The notes under the pieces: model-generated
Seen by the model: the letters and a program-made list of their open reading frames with translations, nothing else
Databases searched by the model: none
What the model was told of the DNA's origin: nothing
NCBI RefSeq assembly: GCF_030035605.1
Contig: NZ_CP106736.1
Location: forward strand, 2,966,097-2,998,096
From: Silvimonas soli
GTDB taxonomy: Bacteria > Pseudomonadota > Gammaproteobacteria > Burkholderiales > Chitinibacteraceae
Length of the DNA stretch: 32,000 bases
Direction of reading: 5' to 3'
Translations under genes and position numbers: made by a program
In this document: positions 8,563 through 15,764 of the stretch, piece by piece
Position numbering within the stretch: the first letter of the stretch is position 1
Layout of the letters: the number at the start of each line of letters is the position of its first letter

Positions 8563-8715
8563 CTACTCGCGATCAATGCGTTTCTTGCTGTTCCGGTAGC
8601 GCCGCCATTGCCAGATGACCACCACACCGGCGATCGGGATCAGGAACAGCAAAAACTCGAATGACCCGTCACCGCCGTCGGGAGAGAAGCCGAATATTTT
8701 TTCGATAAAGTCCAT
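8563..8715 (-). CDS. Small single-pass membrane protein (50 aa), absent from the ORF track
   Basis: My own reverse-complement translation gives MDFIEKIFGFSPDGGDGSFEFLLFLIPIAGVVVIWQWRRYRNSKKRIDRE*. GAGGAG lies 6-7 nt upstream of the ATG (complement of 8713-8715), and the stop is the complement of 8563-8565. The layout is an N-terminal SPDGG motif, one TM helix and a basic tail. I recall similar MxFIExxFGxSPDGG peptides in other beta/gamma-proteobacteria. Confidence 0.6.
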   Translation of the reverse strand: MDFIEKIFGFSPDGGDGSFEFLLFLIPIAGVVVIWQWRRYRNSKKRIDRE

Positions 8716-8787
8716 TGTTGCTCCTCATCGCCCGAGGCAGCCGTAGCGGCCCACCCGGCTTTGCCGCGAAACAGGTTGGCACCCATG

Positions 8788-10461
8788 TTATTCGAGCTCA
8801 TTGGACTGGCCCGTCGCACCGGCGAGACCCGAATGGCTTTGGCTGATTTTTCTGGCCAGCACTTCTGCACTGGTCTGCAACGCGATTTGGGTCCACTGCC
8901 GCGCTTGTTCGGCGTTGACGCCAGCCACGGTATCCAGGGTAGCCAGTGCCTCCAGCACCTGGATCACCGGGGAACGGGGCGGGATACGGATGATCTTGCC
9001 TCCCACGATGATGAGCCCACCGCCGTCTTCAACCACACCCGCCAGAATTTGCGCGACCAGATCCGGCAAGCGCGGACACACAATTTCTTTGGTTTGAACC
9101 AGATTGAAAAACAGCTCCTGCACGCCGGTACGCGTGTCGGTCCAGAGCACGGCAAAATCTTCGACGCCCGCCGCCAGACCGAAGTACTCACCAATGAAGG
9201 TGACATTGGGGTCGCCATGCACTGCGGGCGCATCAACGGCTGGGTCCCATGAGCGGTCGGTTACGTCGACAAACCAGGAAAAATCGCTGGCGTTGTTCCA
9301 TGATCCGGCCAACTGCACTTTGATCAGGTGCTTTCCGAACTCCTCGCCAAATACATAGAATGCGCAGCCCACCACGCCCGTTCGCGTGCAGGCAATTTGG
9401 GGGTGAAAACAGTGGCTGCTTCCATAACTGACGTTAGGCAGTAAGGGCTGGCCGGAAGCGTCTCCCTCCCAGGTCACTCCGTTGTTGAGCGAGCGCCGGT
9501 AATAGATGCGGCTGTAGCCCTCGCGCATGTCAGCCCAAGCCACCACCAGCACGCCTTGCGTGGTCACGCAGTCGGTTATCAGGGTAATGACGCGGAATTT
9601 GCCGAATTCGAAGTGGGGCCAGTCATCAGTAATTGGCAAATTGCCGCGCAGGCTTTTGATCCCGGAAACAACGGTAGTCGCCGCTTCGAAGGTTTCTCCG
9701 CCATCAAGGGAGCGGATATGCTGGATTTCCCCCGAACCATCGTTATGCCAAAGAATATGCAGCGTGCCGTCGGGCGCAACGGTTAATTCGGGCGAAAAGG
9801 AGAACGAAACCAGGGCACTGCCCGGTGCGTCAGAGCCTCTGCCTTTCCAGCTTTGCCCGCCATCCGTTGAGCGGGCAAAGCGTAGCGGTGATGAAGCGCC
9901 CCAGGCGACGTAAACGTTCCCGCGGTGAGGGCTGCCTGGCTGGTTGTCGCAAACCACCCATTGCTTGTCATCCGAAGTGTCGCTGGTTAGCTGTATGGGT
10001 TCTTGCCAGGTGACTCCGCCATCCTGCGAGCGGTAAACCACCATGCCCAGACCGGTCAGGTCGCCTGCTCCGGCCGTTCCGGTATTGAAGTGATCGGGTT
10101 CTCCCACCAGGAACGCATTGCCGGAACCGTCAAACGTGACGGTAGGGTCGGTCATTACATCCCAGCCGGGTTTAAGCGGAAGTTGGGATTCGGCCCAGGT
10201 CTCACCGCTATCAAAGCTGTAAATGACGCCGAGACGAAAGCGGTAAGTGGCGGGGTCGATAAATTTTTTCGAGGCGCCGACCAGATTGGCCGGGTTTTTC
10301 GGATTGATGGCAATGCACGATTCACTGCGTTGATTCTGCGGGCTGCTGCTGGTGGCTTGCTGGTTTGCGCCAGGATACAAACCTGCGGCCACGCTACAGA
10401 TGCTGAACTGATGCAGCAGCGGGACGAAATCGCGAACACCATCAAAGACATGGGTAGTCAT
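8788..10461 (-). CDS. BNR/Asp-box repeat protein, sialidase-like beta-propeller, with an extra ~110-aa C-terminal region
   Basis: Five Asp-box motifs are present: SFDSGETW, SQDGGVTW, STDGGQSW, SLDGGETF and SLNNGVTW. The start was moved to ATG 10461 (GGAAG 8-12 nt upstream) rather than 10551. The N-terminus MTTHVFDGVRDFVPLLHQF... shows no convincing signal peptide. Confidence 0.8.
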   Translation of the reverse strand: MTTHVFDGVRDFVPLLHQFSICSVAAGLYPGANQQATSSSPQNQRSESCIAINPKNPANLVGASKKFIDPATYRFRLGVIYSFDSGETWAESQLPLKPGWDVMTDPTVTFDGSGNAFLVGEPDHFNTGTAGAGDLTGLGMVVYRSQDGGVTWQEPIQLTSDTSDDKQWVVCDNQPGSPHRGNVYVAWGASSPLRFARSTDGGQSWKGRGSDAPGSALVSFSFSPELTVAPDGTLHILWHNDGSGEIQHIRSLDGGETFEAATTVVSGIKSLRGNLPITDDWPHFEFGKFRVITLITDCVTTQGVLVVAWADMREGYSRIYYRRSLNNGVTWEGDASGQPLLPNVSYGSSHCFHPQIACTRTGVVGCAFYVFGEEFGKHLIKVQLAGSWNNASDFSWFVDVTDRSWDPAVDAPAVHGDPNVTFIGEYFGLAAGVEDFAVLWTDTRTGVQELFFNLVQTKEIVCPRLPDLVAQILAGVVEDGGGLIIVGGKIIRIPPRSPVIQVLEALATLDTVAGVNAEQARQWTQIALQTSAEVLARKISQSHSGLAGATGQSNELE

Positions 10462-10692
10462 GCTCTGGCTTCCTTGCGAGGCGTGGGCCGGGTGGTGAGT
10501 CCTGACCCGCAATCTGTGGCAAGTGGTTGCCTGTTCGCTCATGAAACGCAACGGTGATCGTGTTGGAGGAGGTCTCAGGCCTGATTACAGATACGGATAC
10601 GCACCGGATGGATGTCTGCCTAGCATAGGCTTCATGCACTTGCGTAATACCGTTGGCGTACCGAGTGGGCGATAGGTGGCTTCGTTTGCAGT

Positions 10693-10734
10693 CAGCAAAA
10701 AACAACTGAAATGTCAGTGTTTGCTGTGCCTTTT
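10693..10734. terminator. Nested hairpin with T-runs on both strands; candidate bidirectional terminator or sRNA 3' end
   Basis: The outer stem is CAGCAAA/TTTGCTG and the inner stem ACTGA-AATG-TCAGT. On the + strand it is followed by TGCCTTTT. On the - strand the inner stem is followed by TGTTTTTTG. It lies about 100 nt downstream of the metal-binding-protein gene stop. Confidence 0.3.
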
Positions 10735-10774
10735 ACACAGCTTGGTCAGTGGTGAGGGCGCAATCATGTTTTCG

Positions 10775-10812
10775 CCGGTCAGGTCAGCGTGCGGACAACG
10801 CTGCCAGACCGG
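10775..10812. other. Imperfect 13-bp stem-loop directly 3' of the metal-binding-protein gene
   Basis: CCGGTCAGGTCAGCG - TGCGGACAA - CGCTGCCAGACCGG pairs 6+2+5 bp with one A/A mismatch and one bulged T. It starts 18 nt past the stop at 10831. There is no T-tract on either side, so it is not a classical terminator. Confidence 0.4.
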
Positions 10813-10830
10813 TCGATCCTGCATAAAGGG

Positions 10831-11721
10831 TTACTTCGGCTTCTTGGTCATGCCTGCATACAGCGTATCCACGTTGTAGCGGAACATGGCCTCATACGTT
10901 GCTGCGGGGCCGGTTTTGGGCGACAACGCCTCTACATACAACTCGCCACCAGGTTGCGCACCTGTGGATGACGCAATCTGCCGCACCAGCCGCGGATCAT
11001 TGGAGTTCTCAAAGAAATACGCCGCCACGTTCTCGCGTTTGATCTGGGTAATCAGCCGGGCGACATCGGCTGCGGCGGGCTCGGCCTCGGTTGATATCCC
11101 CACAGGCGACAAAAACGTAACGCCGTACGCCGCACCAAAATAACCAAAGGCATCATGGCTGGTCAGCACTTTGCGCCGGGCTTTGGGAATGCTGGCAAAT
11201 TTTGCCTTGGCGTATTGATCCAGCGCTTGCAGTTTGCTGATGTAGGCCGCGCCATTTCTGGCAAATTCGGCGGCGTCTTGCGGGTCGGTGGCGGACAGCG
11301 TTTTAATCACATTGCGGGTGTAGATCACGCCATTGCTGATGTCGTTCCAGGCGTGCGGGTCAGTGATCACTTTGCCATCGTCTTCCATCTTGCGCGTATG
11401 AATACCCGTGCTCGCCACGGTAATACTGCCTTTGTAACCAGACACCTTGATGAGCCGGGTCATCCAGCCTTCCAGACCCAAGCCGCTCACAAATACGGCA
11501 TCGGCATTTTTCAGCGCGGTAGCATCTTGCGGCGTGGGCTCATACACATGCGGGTCACCATTCGGGCCGACCAGACTGGTGACATGCACATGATCGCCGC
11601 CGACGTTCTGCACGATATCTGCCAGTACGGTAAAGCTGGCCACCACATTCAGTTCTTTGGCTGCAGCGACTTGGGCCACGGTGGCTAGCGCCAGACCGGC
11701 TAGCCAGACTTGCTTGTTCAT
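10831..11721 (-). CDS. Periplasmic metal (probably Zn, possibly Mn) ABC-transporter substrate-binding protein, TroA/ZnuA cluster A-I
   Basis: The start is set at ATG 11721 (GGAAGGAG 7 nt upstream), giving 296 aa with signal peptide MNKQVWLAGLALATVAQVAAA. Family blocks are GDPHVYEPTP, TDPHAWND, LTSHDAFGYF and FFENSNDP. There is no long His-rich loop. Confidence 0.88.
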   Translation of the reverse strand: MNKQVWLAGLALATVAQVAAAKELNVVASFTVLADIVQNVGGDHVHVTSLVGPNGDPHVYEPTPQDATALKNADAVFVSGLGLEGWMTRLIKVSGYKGSITVASTGIHTRKMEDDGKVITDPHAWNDISNGVIYTRNVIKTLSATDPQDAAEFARNGAAYISKLQALDQYAKAKFASIPKARRKVLTSHDAFGYFGAAYGVTFLSPVGISTEAEPAAADVARLITQIKRENVAAYFFENSNDPRLVRQIASSTGAQPGGELYVEALSPKTGPAATYEAMFRYNVDTLYAGMTKKPK

Positions 11722-11829
11722 TGCAAAACTCCTTCCTGCCAATGGGAGGCACGCGCCGGGCGTCGTGCCGGGAAACGGTGAGGTGCGGACGCGCAGTCTT
11801 GTGCTGCGTTTTTTTGGGGACATTTCGAT

Positions 11830-11850
11830 AAATGCAACAATATTGCATTT
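11830..11850. promoter_or_regulatory. Fur/Zur-family-like palindromic operator, copy 1
   Basis: AAATGCAACAATATTGCATTT has 8-nt arms (one mismatch) around a central AAT. It lies in the divergent region between the metal-binding-protein gene and gpx. Confidence 0.5.
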
Positions 11851-11874
11851 CGTCGAAAAACGTAGAATAAGCCG

Positions 11875-11895
11875 AAATGCAACAATGTTGCAATT
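11875..11895. promoter_or_regulatory. Fur/Zur-family-like palindromic operator, copy 2
   Basis: AAATGCAACAATGTTGCAATT has the core TGCAAC-AAT-GTTGCA as a perfect inverted repeat. It is a near-identical direct copy of box 1, offset by 45 bp. Confidence 0.5.
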
Positions 11896-12122
11896 GGTGT
11901 GTTGAAAATGAGCCGGGCGAGGATCACGCAGTGGTGTGCGGACTGTTTTTGCCTCGGCATTGCATACGGCAGCGGAAGATCAAACAGCGGATCGCACTGG
12001 CACTGCCATGACAAATGGGTTCAAATAACGCCAGGACGGGTCACGACAATAGACCGCTCACGGTTATCGACATTCCGGTTTCATCACGTTCCAACCATCT
12101 CACTGACTACTTGGGATTCACC

Positions 12123-12671
12123 ATGACGCAAGCTGTGCAAAACATTCCTCTGCAAAAAATCGACGGTTCCGCTGCCACCCTGAATGACTACGCAGGCAAG
12201 GTATTGCTGGTGGTGAATGTGGCCTCCAAGTGCGGTTTGACCGCGCAATATCAAGGTCTGGAACAGTTCTATCGCAGCCATCAGGCCAAGGGTCTGGAAG
12301 TGCTGGGATTTCCGGCCAACAACTTCAAAGGTCAGGAGCCTGGCACCAATGAAGAAATCGCCAGCTTTTGTTCCACCACCTATGACGTGACCTTTCCGCT
12401 GTTTGCCAAGATTTCGGTAGTGGGCGAAGACCAGCATCCGCTGTACCAGGCATTGATTGCGGCCCAGCCGGACGCGCTGGGGGAAGGCCCGTTCCGTGAG
12501 CGTTTGTCGGGCAAGGGCATTGATATCGCGCCGCAACCGCAAGTGTTGTGGAATTTCGAGAAATTCCTGGTGAACCGTAAAGGTGAAGTAGTCGGGCGTT
12601 TCTCGCCGGATGTCACCGCAGAAGACGCGCGCCTGGTCGCCGCAGTGGAGGCTGAACTGGCCAAGGCTTGA
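12123..12671 (+). CDS. Glutathione peroxidase (Cys-type, BtuE/Gpx family)
   Basis: Started at ATG 12123, giving 182 aa. Motifs are LLVVNVASKCGLT (the catalytic residue is a TGC Cys, not TGA Sec), LGFPANNFKGQEPG and WNFEKFLV. Confidence 0.93.
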   Translation: MTQAVQNIPLQKIDGSAATLNDYAGKVLLVVNVASKCGLTAQYQGLEQFYRSHQAKGLEVLGFPANNFKGQEPGTNEEIASFCSTTYDVTFPLFAKISVVGEDQHPLYQALIAAQPDALGEGPFRERLSGKGIDIAPQPQVLWNFEKFLVNRKGEVVGRFSPDVTAEDARLVAAVEAELAKA

Positions 12672-12704
12672 TGGCGGCGGCTCAGCCGCTCGTGATCGCA
12701 TCAG

Positions 12705-12735
12705 AAAGCATCCTGTGGGGTGCTTTTTGTTTTTC
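12705..12735 (+). terminator. Rho-independent terminator after gpx
   Basis: AAAGCATCC-TGTG-GGGTGCTTT forms a stem with one G-U pair, followed by TTGTTTTT, 34 nt after the stop. Confidence 0.65.
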
Positions 12736-12860
12736 AGCGTGTGCACAGTTTTGCCACCATCGGGCGAACACCTGAGTAAGCCCGTTGATGAAGCAGACTA
12801 TGATGTGCGACTGCTTATGGCGGTTTCAATCAGTAGATTTTGATCGGGAAAGGAAAGGGT

Positions 12861-14225
12861 ATGGGAGAGAAAAAACGGCGTCTGGCCGCTGGTGGCACTG
12901 GAGTGGCGGAAGCAACATCACCCACTCAAGCCGTAGATCAACTGGTTGAAACCGGTATGCGTCTGCATCGCGAAGGCCGTTTGCCGGAGGCGCTGGCGAC
13001 GTATCAGCGCGCACTGGAGCGCAATCCGCAACAGGCCGATGCCATGCATTACCAGGGTTTGGCGCTGGTTGCCATTGGCCAGCCGCAGATTGGCGTGAAC
13101 CTGATGCAACGCTCGCTTGCCATGGCACCCGATAATCCAGGCTTTCATTACAACCTGGGACTGCATCTGCGTCGGGTTGATCCTGCTGCTGCGCTCAAGC
13201 ATATGGCTCGCGCCAACGCGCTGGTGCCGGACGATCTGGAATACACGCTTGAATATGCTCGCTTGTTGTCGCATCAGGGCGATGATCGCACCGCGCTGGA
13301 TGTACTGGCTGCCGGCAAACCCCATCATCCGGAAAGCGGAGCATTGGCGGAACGCCTGGTACAACTGGCTTATGCGCAAGACAGTCTCGAACTGGCCCGC
13401 AGTACCGCGCAGGAAATTGCTGCCCAACATCCTCAGTTTGAAGCGCGCTTTCGCGTCGGTTTCGCCTTGCCGCGCAAAGATCAGCCAGAACACGAAACCA
13501 TCATGACGGATTCGCAGTGGCAGAACGTCACCCTGCAAGGCGCGGCGCTGGCTGATTTTATTGCCGAGCGCGATTTGCACGTGATTGATGATTTTCTGAC
13601 CGATGCAGCGGCCTGGCGTGAGCACGCGCTCAAGCAGGCGTTTCAGGCCAATCTGTATGAAGGTCAGAATTTTCCGGGCGTGCAAACGGATGGCCAGCCT
13701 TGTCAGGAAGTCATGGAGCGTATCGCCACCGTGCTGCAGCGTCCGGTGAAGTGGTCCTCGCCTGATAACGGCGCCTTCCGGGTGAGCGTGGCCAGTGCGC
13801 AAGCTCGCACGGACATCCATATCGACAACGAATCGCAGGGGCAGACGCACACTTATGCCGCTGTGCTGTATCTGAACCCGCCGGAGCAATGTCAGGGCGG
13901 CACTACGTTCTGGCAGCATCGCGCCACCGGTTGGGATCGGCGCCCGCCAGAGGCCGAGGTCAAAGCCGCCGGTTATGCGAGCTTTGCCGCTTTCCAGGAT
14001 AGCTGGAGTACTGGTGAAACGGTGCGCGCGTTTGACGAGCTGCAAGCCGAACGCGAAACCTGGCTGGCGCAAGCCGAAATCCCCATGCGCAGTAACCGGC
14101 TGGTGATTTATCGCGGCAATTACTATCACTCCATCAGCAACGTGTTTGGCAGCACTTTGCAAGATGGCCGACTGGCACAGCTGTTCTTTTTTGAGACGGT
14201 GGCCGACGCCAGCTCCGTGGTTTAA
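12861..14225 (+). CDS. TPR-repeat protein fused to a cupin / 2OG-Fe(II)-oxygenase-like C-terminal domain (possibly DUF6445-like)
   Basis: Started at ATG 12861 (GGAAAGG upstream); the track start at 12840 is a TTG. The N-half has TPR repeats (YQRALERNPQQADAMHYQGLAL..., MAPDNPGFHYNLGL...). The C-half has IDDFL..., an HxD triad element (TDIHIDNE) and a distal His (GNYYHSIS). Confidence 0.7.
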   Translation: MGEKKRRLAAGGTGVAEATSPTQAVDQLVETGMRLHREGRLPEALATYQRALERNPQQADAMHYQGLALVAIGQPQIGVNLMQRSLAMAPDNPGFHYNLGLHLRRVDPAAALKHMARANALVPDDLEYTLEYARLLSHQGDDRTALDVLAAGKPHHPESGALAERLVQLAYAQDSLELARSTAQEIAAQHPQFEARFRVGFALPRKDQPEHETIMTDSQWQNVTLQGAALADFIAERDLHVIDDFLTDAAAWREHALKQAFQANLYEGQNFPGVQTDGQPCQEVMERIATVLQRPVKWSSPDNGAFRVSVASAQARTDIHIDNESQGQTHTYAAVLYLNPPEQCQGGTTFWQHRATGWDRRPPEAEVKAAGYASFAAFQDSWSTGETVRAFDELQAERETWLAQAEIPMRSNRLVIYRGNYYHSISNVFGSTLQDGRLAQLFFFETVADASSVV

Positions 14226-15664
14226 CGCTCGATGCCGAGTGCAGCCATTTTCTTGTAGAGGGTAGCGCGGCCCAGCCCGAGGCGCCGCGCTGCCAGCACT
14301 GCCCGCCCGCCGCAGGCTTGCAGCGCTTCTTCAATCAGCCGTTTTTCAAAGGTGGCCATCGCTTGTTGATGGCTGGGTGCGTTGTCGACATGGCCACGTA
14401 ATGCGCCCGCATCGACCAAGGCCGCCAGATCATCCACCCGCAATTCGGCGCGGTCGGACAGCATGATGGCGCGTTCCAGCACATTGCGCAGTTCACGCAC
14501 ATTGCCGGGCCAGTGGTAGTGGCGCAAAAATTCAATGGCTGCCGGGGCGATATGCCGCACGCCGCAAGTCATGGCCAGATCATTCAGCAAGGCATGGCAC
14601 AGAGCCGGCAGGTCTTCCTGGCGTGAGCGCAACGGCGGCACCTCAATGGCCAGTACGTTGAGCCGGTAAAACAGATCCGCGCGGAACTCACCGGTTTCCA
14701 CTCGCTGCGCCAGCCGGGCCGACGTAGCAGCGATAATGCGCACATCGGCGCGGATTACCTTGTTGGCGCCTAGCGGCTCAAACTCTTTGTCCTGCAGCAC
14801 GCGCAACAACTTGCTTTGCAGGCTCAGTGGCAAGTCACCCATCTCATCCATAAACAACGTGCCGCCATCGGCCAGCTGGAATTTGCCGATGCGCCCTTTG
14901 CGATCCAGCCCGGTATAGGCGCCCGGCGCCGCACCAAACAGTTCGGCTTCCAGCAATGTTTCCGGGATGGCGGCCATATTGATGCTGACCAGCGGTTTAT
15001 GTGCACGCGGCGAGGCGGCGTGAATGGCGTGCGCCAGGACTTCTTTACCGGTGCCGGTTTCACCCAGCAGCAGCACGGGTGAATCCATTTGCGCCGCACG
15101 CTGGGCGCGCCGTTTGACTTCGGTGGCGGCTTCGCCATCGCCAATAAAGTTGTCGAAGGAATATTTGGCCTTGCGCGCTTGCGCCAAAGATTCGCGGGCG
15201 TTGGCCAGTTCTTCTTGCAGCCGGGTGAATTTGGCAACGATGGGCGAGAGCGACTGCAACTGGTCGAACAAGGCAAAACCAATGGCGCCCACGACCTGGC
15301 CGGTTTTGTCCTTGAGCGGCAAGCGCGTGACGACCAGCGATTCATTGCCCGCTGCGGGCATGATATCCAGCAGTTGCGGCTTGCCGTTGCGCACCACCTC
15401 CCGCATCTGGCTGTGCGCAATGACTTCTTCTACCGGCTTGCCAATGGCCCCGGCCGGATCATCAAAGCCAAAGCGGGCGGCATAGCGCGCGTTGATCCAG
15501 ACAATGCGCGCATCGTGATCGACAATCACCGTGCCTTCGCAAAAGTCTTCCATGGTGTCGAACATGCTCTGGATTGCCCACTGGCGCACCGAGTCATAAT
15601 CGGTCAACAGCACATTCAGGGGTAGATCGGGTGGACTCAGACTGGCAGGGGCGGCTGGGTTCAT
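14222..15664 (-). CDS. PAS-domain sigma-54-dependent (bacterial enhancer-binding, bEBP) Fis-family transcriptional activator
   Basis: 480 aa. It has an N-terminal PAS-like region, Walker A GETGTGKE, Walker B GGTLFMDEMG, RELRN, and a C-terminal Fis-type HTH (AARRLGLGRATLYKKM). The sigma-54 contact loop reads GAYTGL instead of GAFTGA. Confidence 0.92.
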   Translation of the reverse strand: MNPAAPASLSPPDLPLNVLLTDYDSVRQWAIQSMFDTMEDFCEGTVIVDHDARIVWINARYAARFGFDDPAGAIGKPVEEVIAHSQMREVVRNGKPQLLDIMPAAGNESLVVTRLPLKDKTGQVVGAIGFALFDQLQSLSPIVAKFTRLQEELANARESLAQARKAKYSFDNFIGDGEAATEVKRRAQRAAQMDSPVLLLGETGTGKEVLAHAIHAASPRAHKPLVSINMAAIPETLLEAELFGAAPGAYTGLDRKGRIGKFQLADGGTLFMDEMGDLPLSLQSKLLRVLQDKEFEPLGANKVIRADVRIIAATSARLAQRVETGEFRADLFYRLNVLAIEVPPLRSRQEDLPALCHALLNDLAMTCGVRHIAPAAIEFLRHYHWPGNVRELRNVLERAIMLSDRAELRVDDLAALVDAGALRGHVDNAPSHQQAMATFEKRLIEEALQACGGRAVLAARRLGLGRATLYKKMAALGIER

Positions 15665-15764
15665 GGCAGTGGCTCAAGCACTTGAAGAGTGCGGCTAGCC
15701 TACTACGCCGCTGGCCGGGCGGGAATGCGGGTTCTGCCCCGGCATGCAAACAGCTAACGAACGG

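Noticed and set aside
8777-8792. Near sigma-54 promoter TGGCAC-CCATG-TTAT; another near match at 12741..12755 (GTGCACAGTTTTGCC)
   Set aside because: The first lacks the invariant GC of the -12 element and points antisense into the BNR gene. The second lacks the GG dinucleotide and has spacing one nucleotide short.
8788-11721. Idea that the beta-propeller protein is an AztD-like periplasmic zinc chaperone for the adjacent AztC/TroA-like binding protein
   Set aside because: The propeller carries sialidase-type Asp-boxes and has no signal peptide. It is separated from the binding-protein gene by a structured 370-nt gap. Nothing in the sequence supports an AztD relationship.
12231-12233. Possible selenocysteine in the glutathione peroxidase active site
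   Set aside because: The catalytic codon in VASKCG is TGC (Cys), not TGA, and no in-frame TGA is present.
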